A stretch of DNA of 64,000 nt. Origin: Planctomycetota bacterium (GTDB lineage: Bacteria; Planctomycetota; PLA2; JAEUHO01). This document shows positions 48,284 through 56,558 of the stretch, piece after piece. The notes under the pieces are model-generated. The model had not been told where the DNA came from. It did not search any database and worked only from the letters and a program-made list of their open reading frames with translations. The translations under genes were made by a program, and so were the position numbers. How positions within the stretch are numbered: position 1 is the first letter of the stretch; the number at the start of each line of letters is the position of its first letter. The DNA is taken from NCBI GenBank assembly GCA_965222115.1, contig CBDCTJ010000007.1, positions 1,408,001 through 1,472,000 on the forward strand, in the 5' to 3' direction.

Positions 48284-50623
48284 ATGCGCACAACTTCGTC
48301 GATAACTACGCCAGCTAGACGGACTCGATGGACGGTTCTCTGGCTCGTCGCCATGATCGCATGTCTTCTCGCAGTAGGCGAGACCCACGCGTGGGATCCC
48401 GAAACCGGGCGCCTGAACATCCGTGCCACGCTGGAACCCGCCGATCTTGCGGCCGGTCAAGAAGGTGTGTTCGTCGCTCACTTCGACTTGCCGCCGAAGG
48501 GCAAGATCCAGCTTGAAGAAGGCGAGGAGCTTCGCTGGGCGCCGGCCGAGATCAAGGGCGTCACCTTTCATCGTGACCGCATGACAACCACCCACCACAA
48601 GAAGTGGTACGACGAGGGGCTGGAAGAGAACTACCACGGTTGGAAAGAGAGCTTTCAAGTTCGCATTCCGGTCACCCTAGGGAAGGACGTTCCTAACGGC
48701 ATCTTGCTGAGCGTTGACTTCACGTACCTCGTCTGCGACGACATGGCGTGTTTTCAGGAAAACACCAACACGGTTACCGTCGCGATCGGCGGCAACGCGA
48801 GTGGCCATGCGACCGGACCCTTAGGCAATGGCAGTACCCCTGCGGACGTTTCAAACGGGGGCGTGGTCGGAGATGGTTCCGGCAAAGGCATCAAAGCAGG
48901 CGATGCGAAGAAGGGTCCTACGATCAGTCCGCCCATCACCGACAAGTCGGGAACGGCTACGCTCACCATCGACGATAAGAAGGACGTTGCGATTGTTACG
49001 TTTGAGCCGGCATTTGGCTTCTACTTCTATATGCGTGGCGACGAGATTGGTTCGCCGGTCGTGGTTTCACCTCAGAAGGCCGTAGGCATAAAGTGGGGAG
49101 CATTCGAGATACCGGAGACCGGCAAGTTTTACGACGTGCAGTCCGTTGAGGTGCCCTTTACGCGCGGCACGCAAGCTGTAGAGTTAGCGATAGACGTTGA
49201 ATGGTCTCCCTGCGAGGAAGGAACATGTTACGGCTCGGTCAAGGGAACGCTCCGTGCGTCTTTTGCCGAGGGTGTTCCCACCCCATCTACAGAAACACCA
49301 GTGTCAACCAAAGGCGCCGGCGTAATCGGTGACGTGGCCTTTGAGGTCGTCGAGGGTGATGACATCGCTGGCGCCAGCGGTGGCAAGGGCCCGTTCGGCG
49401 GAAAGACAGGCACGATTGGCTTGATGGGATTGTTGTTCCTGTTGGGCGCAGGCCTCGCGTTTACGCCGTGTGTGTTTCCCATCATTCCCATGGTGGTTGC
49501 GACCATTGGCGGCGGGGGGGACATTCCCAAGGGACGACTGGCGCGACTGCTAGGAACCTACGTACTCGGTCTATCGCTTACGTTTGCCGTTCTTGGGGTT
49601 GTATCAGCGCTCACTGGCGCCAGCATGTCGGCGGCCCTCGAGAGCAAGACCTTTCAGTGGGCATTTTCGATTCTCTTCATCGTCTTGAGCCTCGGTATGC
49701 TTGGCGTCTACGAGTTGCAACCGCCTGAGTGGGCTATGAAGTGGAATCGCGGTGCCGAAAAGCGCGCGGGTTCGTACCTCGGTGCATTCCTGTTTGGCGT
49801 ACTCGGTGCCATTCTTGCGAGTCCCTGTACGGGGCCAGCGATTGCAGGCCTTCTTGCCTACGTTGCCAAGACGGCCAATCCTGCATTGGGCTTCGTTTTG
49901 TTCTTTACGCTTGGGCTGGGCATGGGTGCAGTGTTCTTCGCGTTTGGCTCCATGAACTTCGCCCTTCGTCCGGGTCCCTGGATGGTGTGGGTGAGGTACT
50001 TTTTCGGCGCGCTACTATTCGCAGGCGCGATCTATTACATTGCGCAAGGTGAGTTGCTAGATCACACGATATTATTGATCGCGGGAATACTCATCACTCT
50101 CGTCTCAGCTTACTGGGTCTACAAGCACCTTAAGAATAAGGAGTTTGAGTCAGAACAGGTCTCCAGAAAGCGCGCCATTGTTGTGGCGGGGTCGTATCTC
50201 GTGCTGCTGTTCGGCATTTGGCTTTGGATGAGCCCGCCCGAGAATACGCTCAACTGGCAGTCCGTAGATAACGTCGATGAACTCAAATCGGCCGTTGCGA
50301 AAGCAAATGCCGAAGGACGCGCCGTCGTCATCGACTTCACCGCGAAGAACTGCACCTATTGCAAGTACTTCAAGAAGGTGATTTCTGACAATGAGAAGCT
50401 TTTAAGGAAGTTCCAAAAAGTGACCGCCATCAAGATTGACCTGACCGACGGGGAAAAACCGCGCATACGTGGCGCACTCGCCGTGCCGGCTCAAATCCGT
50501 CCCGTGATGGTTTTCATCGATAGCGATGGACGCATCCACCGCAAAGCCGATGTACTTGGCAACTGGCCTGGGTGGGATGATGCCCCCAAGTTTCTTGAAG
50601 AGCGCATCGACACGGTGCTGTAG
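48284..50623 (+). CDS. dsbD: DsbD-family protein-disulfide reductase with two N-terminal Cys-pair Ig domains, TM domain and thioredoxin domain
   Basis: VCDDMAC and PCEEGTC, TM motifs FTPCVFP and ASPCTGP, PGPWM, and thioredoxin DFTAKNCTYC. Confidence 0.9.
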   Translation: MRTTSSITTPARRTRWTVLWLVAMIACLLAVGETHAWDPETGRLNIRATLEPADLAAGQEGVFVAHFDLPPKGKIQLEEGEELRWAPAEIKGVTFHRDRMTTTHHKKWYDEGLEENYHGWKESFQVRIPVTLGKDVPNGILLSVDFTYLVCDDMACFQENTNTVTVAIGGNASGHATGPLGNGSTPADVSNGGVVGDGSGKGIKAGDAKKGPTISPPITDKSGTATLTIDDKKDVAIVTFEPAFGFYFYMRGDEIGSPVVVSPQKAVGIKWGAFEIPETGKFYDVQSVEVPFTRGTQAVELAIDVEWSPCEEGTCYGSVKGTLRASFAEGVPTPSTETPVSTKGAGVIGDVAFEVVEGDDIAGASGGKGPFGGKTGTIGLMGLLFLLGAGLAFTPCVFPIIPMVVATIGGGGDIPKGRLARLLGTYVLGLSLTFAVLGVVSALTGASMSAALESKTFQWAFSILFIVLSLGMLGVYELQPPEWAMKWNRGAEKRAGSYLGAFLFGVLGAILASPCTGPAIAGLLAYVAKTANPALGFVLFFTLGLGMGAVFFAFGSMNFALRPGPWMVWVRYFFGALLFAGAIYYIAQGELLDHTILLIAGILITLVSAYWVYKHLKNKEFESEQVSRKRAIVVAGSYLVLLFGIWLWMSPPENTLNWQSVDNVDELKSAVAKANAEGRAVVIDFTAKNCTYCKYFKKVISDNEKLLRKFQKVTAIKIDLTDGEKPRIRGALAVPAQIRPVMVFIDSDGRIHRKADVLGNWPGWDDAPKFLEERIDTVL

Positions 50624-50632
50624 CCCCATTCG

Positions 50633-51919
50633 CTACAGCCCACCGCCCGGCAACACCACAACATCGTCTAGCGTTTTTCCATGCTGTGCGGCTTCGTGCC
50701 ATGCAAAGTCAATCGCTTTTTGCATATCGCCAAAAGCCAGCAGGCCCATGGGACGTAAAATGTCGCGCGGGAGTGAGCTAACGACGTGTACCGGGTGATC
50801 TTTCGCGATTCGACGAATGCTGTACGCCGTCAGCCCGTAGGGGTGAAACTGTTCGCGGAGTGCAGCCAAGTGTCGATGCAATTTCCCGCTCTCAAACCAC
50901 GGTAGAAACGATGGATGACCAGGTCCTTGAGGCGCGTCGGCCAGCCAAACAATGGGAGCGCCGGGTTTGGCCCATGCCGTGGCGCGCAATAGCGTCTTGT
51001 GCGCTTGAATCAAGTCGCCGTCGGTGGGTGGTGGCGAATGGACGACGACACAGTCGTGGGCTCGCGGCGTAGGCAGCGCGTGTAGCGTTTTCCAGCGCTC
51101 GATGCCCGCTTCATGTGCCTCGCGCACGTCGCCCGCAATGGCATCAACGATACGTCCGTCAGGCGTGAGAATGACATTGAGTAAGAACGCGTTGCGGATG
51201 AGGCCCGCGACCCGATACAGGGCGTTACGAAACCCGTTGGGCTTGGCCACACATGTGGACGCAGTAACGCTGCCATCGGGGCGTACCATCACGTCGAGTG
51301 TCAATCGATGCGCGGCCACTACCGTGTCGCGCTCCGCTACACCGGGCACAAGCGACTTGGGTCCACCGCCAAAGCCCGCCAAGTGATGGGGCGTGATGGC
51401 GCCCGTCAGTATGACGAGCCCGGCTTCGGCTACGAGACGATGCACGCGCACATTGCCAAGCTCGGCGTCGGATCCGATGGATTCGTTTGCTTCGGGGGCG
51501 TCCGGCGAACTCTGTACGGGACGTAACGTCTCCATGATCTCGTCGCCCACGAGTCGCCGTACATCGTCACGTGAAGACGTTGTGTGAATTCCGCGTGCAA
51601 CCACCATGCGTATACGGCCGGGATGTATGCCCGCAAGCGCAAGGCGCGCCAGGAGAGGAAGAAGGTAGGTGTGCGCTGCGGCCGGTCGGGTGCGATCTGG
51701 CACAACAAGGGTTACGGTCCCGGCGTCGGTCGCAAGTTCACTAAGTGGTGGGCGACCAACGGGATCATCGATGGCTTGCGCGACGACACGCAATGGATCG
51801 TCGGCGGCCTTGAGATCCTTGGACGTAACGCAATGCACGCGCGCGCTGGAGGGAATCGTTGCGCGCCGTTCGCCGGAACTCGTTTGAAACGCAAGGCGGT
51901 GAGTGGCTGCACTCGACAT
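50633..51919 (-). CDS. LarA-family (nickel-pincer nucleotide dependent) lactate racemase/2-hydroxyacid isomerase homolog
   Basis: VPDRTRP, ARGIH, PHHLAGFGGGPKSLVPG, AAH and DLIQAHK correspond to LarA motifs. The substrate is unknown. Confidence 0.85.
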   Translation of the reverse strand: MSSAATHRLAFQTSSGERRATIPSSARVHCVTSKDLKAADDPLRVVAQAIDDPVGRPPLSELATDAGTVTLVVPDRTRPAAAHTYLLPLLARLALAGIHPGRIRMVVARGIHTTSSRDDVRRLVGDEIMETLRPVQSSPDAPEANESIGSDAELGNVRVHRLVAEAGLVILTGAITPHHLAGFGGGPKSLVPGVAERDTVVAAHRLTLDVMVRPDGSVTASTCVAKPNGFRNALYRVAGLIRNAFLLNVILTPDGRIVDAIAGDVREAHEAGIERWKTLHALPTPRAHDCVVVHSPPPTDGDLIQAHKTLLRATAWAKPGAPIVWLADAPQGPGHPSFLPWFESGKLHRHLAALREQFHPYGLTAYSIRRIAKDHPVHVVSSLPRDILRPMGLLAFGDMQKAIDFAWHEAAQHGKTLDDVVVLPGGGL

Positions 51920-52029
51920 GGCGGCATCTTACGTGTGTCGGGCACGTTACGGCAGCCCGGTCACTGTGAACCATCGCGGAATCGCCCGGTTACGAGCTAT
52001 ATCCCCTGCCTTCGAACGCGCATGTGCCG

Positions 52030-52890
52030 CTACGGCACACTCCAGTTTCGCGCGACCATACGGTGGGGGTTGCCTTGCGTTGCATGCTGTTGTTCGTGGC
52101 ACGCCTTGCAATGCATTAACTCACTTGACCCATCATCGGTTACCGAATCTCGATGGACGGCGAGGAACTGGCGCATGCCAGAAACTGCAACATCGTAGAT
52201 CACGAAGTTACGCATTTCGGTCACGCCGATTTCTATCGAAGGCTTTGCCGACGTGGCAGAACGAAGGACAAGGCCGGCCGTGTGATGCCGCCCCGGTCGA
52301 TACAACGTGGCGCCGGTGCCGTCGGCAAACGAGCGCGGTTCGTAGCATTGTCCCACCCGCCAAGCGCCCGCATGCACGAGATGGCTCGCGCGCGGATCCA
52401 TATCCCGATCACTTTGATCACATGTGCGTGCATCGAGACTTGTGGGTTTGGTCCCGCTTGGCAACACGGCCAAGTCAATCGCCCGCACCACCGCGGGGTC
52501 CACCCCCATGCGGGTCATTTCAAGACGCGGCTTCAGCATCGTTGCCGCAAGAAATGCGACGAGCGCCGTTGCCGCGACGGTAGAAACTGCCAACACCGCA
52601 CGCCCAAGATCGCTCATACGGCGACGCTGCGCGACGGGCGAGCATTGAAGCTCGCGATCCGTGGCATCGAGCCGACGTTCAATGCACGCGACCAGGTGAT
52701 CTTGCGCGCCACGATTGAAGTCGGACTGAACATCCGCGCGCCATGCCTGGCCCGCGTCGCGCATGGTCTGTTCAAAGGCCCGGTCCGATATCTTTGACGC
52801 CGGCGACCCGTTTGGCGTGGTCCCGTCACGACCTGACTCTTGATCGAGGTGTGGGGGCTGATCGGGAGAGGGGTTGGGCGTAGCGTTCAA
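52030..52890 (-). CDS. Putative transmembrane anti-sigma factor with C-terminal CxxCH motif
   Basis: The start overlaps the stop of the ECF sigma gene. It has a single TM helix, and the extracytoplasmic part has CKACH at 52096-52110. Confidence 0.7.
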   Translation of the reverse strand: MNATPNPSPDQPPHLDQESGRDGTTPNGSPASKISDRAFEQTMRDAGQAWRADVQSDFNRGAQDHLVACIERRLDATDRELQCSPVAQRRRMSDLGRAVLAVSTVAATALVAFLAATMLKPRLEMTRMGVDPAVVRAIDLAVLPSGTKPTSLDARTCDQSDRDMDPRASHLVHAGAWRVGQCYEPRSFADGTGATLYRPGRHHTAGLVLRSATSAKPSIEIGVTEMRNFVIYDVAVSGMRQFLAVHRDSVTDDGSSELMHCKACHEQQHATQGNPHRMVARNWSVP

Positions 52891-53504
52891 TCCATGATTC
52901 CAGGCTTGGGATTCGGGGCTTGAGGACGCGCCGGATCGCCGTCCAAGTCCTCAACGAGCGCCCGTCGAATGTATTCCCGTCCGCGATGCAGTCGGCTCAT
53001 GACGGTGCCCGGCGGGATGTCCAAAATCTCGCCCACCTCGCGATAGGTCAATCCATGTAGATCGCGAAGTTGTACGCATGCGCGAAAGGGCATGGGGACG
53101 TTCTCGATAGCTTGGAGAATCGCACGATAGCGCTGCGAGCGCGCCACCACCTCACTGGGCGCGTCGTGAGGTGTGCCGACGCGCGCGGCCTCGGCGCCTC
53201 GATCCCCAAGCTCATCCTGCGGTCGAACTTTCGGGCGGTGAACCGAGCGGCGATACCGGTCAATGTGGAGCCGGCGCAGAATCGTAAACAACCACGCCTT
53301 GGCGTGGGTCCCCTTGCGAAAGCGATCAAAGGCCCGGTAGGCCTTCACATAGGTATCGGCCACCAAATCTTCCGCATCGTGCAAGTTTCGAGTGAGTGAG
53401 AGTGCGAATGCGCGGCAATCCGGAAGTAGCGGCATGGCAATGTCCATGAAGGCCTCGCGTAGGTCCTCGCGGGCGTCGTTGTCGCTGGGTTGCCGAGAAC
53501 GCAT
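52887..53504 (-). CDS. ECF RNA polymerase sigma-70 factor
   Basis: Region 2 DAEDLVADTY.KA...KAWLFTILR; region 4 LTYREVGEILDIPPGTVMSRLHRGR. Confidence 0.96.
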   Translation of the reverse strand: MRSRQPSDNDAREDLREAFMDIAMPLLPDCRAFALSLTRNLHDAEDLVADTYVKAYRAFDRFRKGTHAKAWLFTILRRLHIDRYRRSVHRPKVRPQDELGDRGAEAARVGTPHDAPSEVVARSQRYRAILQAIENVPMPFRACVQLRDLHGLTYREVGEILDIPPGTVMSRLHRGREYIRRALVEDLDGDPARPQAPNPKPGIMD

Positions 53505-53600
53505 CCCGACTATCGTCCTTGAAGCTGCAGGGTGCGCAAGCTGCCGATTTAGACATTCCTTTGGAATGGGTTACACCCGTGTCGCTCCTACAATCGAGCG

Positions 53601-54491
53601 ATGAAGTGTGCGATCTACGTAGACGGCAGCGTTACGGGGCCCGAAAAGGCCTTTGTTCCTGCGCTTGACCATGGGTTCCTGTTCGGCGATTCCGTATACG
53701 AAGTGTTGTGGATGCATCGCGGCGTGCTCTTACATCCTCAAGCACATTGGGACCGCCTGCGCCGTTCGGCCGCGCTGGTCTACATGGACGTTCCCTATCG
53801 CGATGACGACTTTTTGCAGGCCATTGAGGTGACCGCTGCGAAGGCAGGCGTAGAAGCGAAGGACGAAGTCTACGTGCGCGTGGTTGTAACGCGTGGTTCC
53901 GGTCCTTGCACCATAGACATCAATACGGCCACCACGCGCCGCCTCATGATTGTGGTCAGTGAGATCACGCGCCCCACCATGGATGAACGGCGCCGCGGCA
54001 TTCATGTACGCGTTGTAGATCGCAAGCGTATGCCCACCGAAGCGTTGACACCTGCGGCGAAGACCGGTAATTATCTCAACAGCGTGCTCGCGCTCCATGA
54101 AGCCCAGCGCACCGGTGCCGACGATGCCATATTCACCAACATGCATGGGCACATCGCGGAGGCATCCACAAGCAATGTCTATTGGTGGAAGGGTGGCACG
54201 CTGTACACCCCGGCCTTGTCGTGTGGCATTCTCGAAGGGACCACGCGTCGTCAGTTGCTCGCGATGTGTGGGGATGCAGAGATTCCCGTGGCCGAAGTGG
54301 AAGCGCCCCCGAGCGTATTGCACGAGGCAGAAGAAATTTTTGTGTGTTCGTCGATTCGCGGCGTGATGCCGGTCACCACGTTGAATGGCGACGCCATACA
54401 CACCGGCGAAGCGGGCCCACGTTCCCTTGACATGGCGCGTCGCTTCGAGGCCGCCGCCGATGCCGAGGCTCGTGCTCAACTTTCGTCGTAG
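53601..54491 (+). CDS. Class IV PLP aminotransferase (IlvE/PabC/D-amino acid aminotransferase family)
   Basis: DHGFLFGDSVYE, HWDRL, AKTGNYL, EASTSN, GILEGTTR. Confidence 0.93.
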   Translation: MKCAIYVDGSVTGPEKAFVPALDHGFLFGDSVYEVLWMHRGVLLHPQAHWDRLRRSAALVYMDVPYRDDDFLQAIEVTAAKAGVEAKDEVYVRVVVTRGSGPCTIDINTATTRRLMIVVSEITRPTMDERRRGIHVRVVDRKRMPTEALTPAAKTGNYLNSVLALHEAQRTGADDAIFTNMHGHIAEASTSNVYWWKGGTLYTPALSCGILEGTTRRQLLAMCGDAEIPVAEVEAPPSVLHEAEEIFVCSSIRGVMPVTTLNGDAIHTGEAGPRSLDMARRFEAAADAEARAQLSS

Positions 54492-54539
54492 GAACGAAAT
54501 CCATCGCTATGGCACGGCATGCGCGTGTAGCGTTTCACC

Positions 54540-56426
54540 GTGAACCTCTTCCGCCCGTCCCCTCCAGTTCGCCGTGCTACGTCTCGCCGTGTTACCGCGT
54601 CCGCCCTACAGCGGGGTGCTTTGGAAACGGGGCGCGTTCATTTGCCCTTTTTGCTTGCATTGGTTGCGGCGCTGAGCGCTGTCGTCGTGCCCGTGGGCGT
54701 TGTCGTCTGGCGTTCGTTTCATGTTACGGAAGTCGAGATGAAGAGCGGCGAGGTCTACGTCGCGTCTGGCGACGTGGTGCGCACCGATCGCGGCTACGAC
54801 TTTTCCATTCAAGAAGGCCCGGGCGCACCCAAGGTTCGCGTGCCCGCGCCACACAGTGCCGTTGTGGATGTGCGCAATGTGTTTAGTCTGCGCCACTATA
54901 AGTTCGTGCTTGGGGACAGCCGTACGCATGGCTTGCTAAAGAACAGCGCCTTGGTGGGGTTGGGCGCCGCGTTGCTCGCCTTGCTGTTTGGCATACCCAT
55001 CGCGTGGCTCCTCGCGCGTACGCGTTTTCGTGGTCGTGCATTGCTTGCTGTGCTGTGTTTGGCGCCGGCCATCCTTCCTCCCTTCTTCATCGCGCTGGGT
55101 GGCGCGCGCGTGATTCAACGTGCATTCATCGATTGGTTTGGCTGGAGTGGCAGCACGCTTCAGTTCGCCACTGCCATCGTGGTGTTCGGCAGCGTGCTCT
55201 ATCCGTTGGTCGTACTTTTGCTTACGCCTTCCATTGCAGGCATTCCTGCGGGTCCTTGGGAATCGGCACGACTGCTGGGTGGCCGACGCGCTGCGTTTCG
55301 AACCGTCACCTTGCCTGCTATCTTGCCCGCCATCCTCGGCGCGTTTGTACTCGCGTTTGTCGTCGCGTTGGGTGACTTTGTTGTGCCCGACTTGATGGGC
55401 GTCATGTTGCCCGGTGGGGGCACACCCGGGCACGTGCTGTCCACAGAAGTATTGCTTCAATGGAAACAGGAAGGCAATGTGGGCCGAGCGGTGGCAACAA
55501 GCGCGCCATTCCTTCTCCTTACCACAAGTTTGGTTGTGCTCGGTTTGTGGTTTCTTCGCCGGAGTCCACTCTTTGGCCGCGGTCGCGGTGCTCGTCCACG
55601 CGACCCAGTCAAGCTTGCTCTTCCGTGGAAGCTTGTGTCAGTGCTCTTTGTTGCCGGTGTGCTGTGGTTGTCGTTGTGGATGCCATTTAGCGGGATAGCG
55701 TCGTGGACATCTGGATTCGGCGAAACGGTGGCCCAAGGAAGCAGCGAAGTTAAAAAAGTTTCCGTATCGGGCGAGTTGTTTGATTTCAAGACTGCGCTCG
55801 ACAACACGCCCGGGGGACGCGAAGAACGCGATCGTTGGTTGCGTCATGCGTTGGCGGCGGCACTGCTCGCGTTGCTCATCGCCTTGCCCCTAGCACACGG
55901 AATGCGCGAACGTGGCGGCGTTTGGCGATTCTTGGTGTTGCTCGCTGCTGTCTTGCCTTTGGCGGTGCCCGGACTCGTGCTCAGTGCGGGCACGAAACTA
56001 CTGTGGATGGCAGTACCGTTTGGCGATGGTGGCAGCGGTGCCCTTTCCGCGGTGTTGGTTCGCGTGGCAAAGTTCTTTCCGTTCGCCTTGCTTGCGTCGT
56101 GGCTGGCACTGCGTTCCGTGCGACGGGGACAAGAGCAAGCGGCCTCCTTGCTTGGCGCCCGAACGCCCATGGCCGCGTGGGGGCCCGCGACGTGGTTAGG
56201 AATCGCTTCGGCGGGATTGGTCGTACTCGTCCTCAGCCTGCGCGAACTCGAAGCGGTGATTCTGCTCGACGCGCGCATTCTCCCCCTACGGCTCTACGAC
56301 AAGATCCACTTCTCGCGTCTCACCGATGAGGCGAATCTGCTATTGCTGTGCCTCCTGTACCTCATGATTCCCGCGCTCTTGCTCGCCGCCGTCCTCGCAT
56401 TCCGGGCTCGTCGCCGGCGTTCGTAG
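54540..56426 (+). CDS. FbpB/ThiP-like ABC transporter permease (fused two-repeat type) with an inserted soluble beta domain
   Basis: LKNS..G..LALLFGIPIAWLLART.F.GR, EAA-like loops WESARLLGG and QEQAASLLGA, and ~12 TM helices. The start is uncertain. Confidence 0.85.
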   Translation: MNLFRPSPPVRRATSRRVTASALQRGALETGRVHLPFLLALVAALSAVVVPVGVVVWRSFHVTEVEMKSGEVYVASGDVVRTDRGYDFSIQEGPGAPKVRVPAPHSAVVDVRNVFSLRHYKFVLGDSRTHGLLKNSALVGLGAALLALLFGIPIAWLLARTRFRGRALLAVLCLAPAILPPFFIALGGARVIQRAFIDWFGWSGSTLQFATAIVVFGSVLYPLVVLLLTPSIAGIPAGPWESARLLGGRRAAFRTVTLPAILPAILGAFVLAFVVALGDFVVPDLMGVMLPGGGTPGHVLSTEVLLQWKQEGNVGRAVATSAPFLLLTTSLVVLGLWFLRRSPLFGRGRGARPRDPVKLALPWKLVSVLFVAGVLWLSLWMPFSGIASWTSGFGETVAQGSSEVKKVSVSGELFDFKTALDNTPGGREERDRWLRHALAAALLALLIALPLAHGMRERGGVWRFLVLLAAVLPLAVPGLVLSAGTKLLWMAVPFGDGGSGALSAVLVRVAKFFPFALLASWLALRSVRRGQEQAASLLGARTPMAAWGPATWLGIASAGLVVLVLSLRELEAVILLDARILPLRLYDKIHFSRLTDEANLLLLCLLYLMIPALLLAAVLAFRARRRRS

Positions 56427-56558
56427 AGTCGAAGGCCCCTGGCGCTTTGGGTTGTTGGGGACCACCAACTGGATTCAGAAGGCTCTCAGGGGCGTTGATA
56501 CGGTGGGGCGACCCGCAGCCCCGGTGTATTCGATCGTGCTGCCACCAGGATTCGAGCT

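Noticed and set aside
54510-54524. Sigma-54 promoter TGGCACG-N4-GCGC before the permease
   Set aside because: The -12 element lacks TT, and the intergenic space leaves little room for activator sites.
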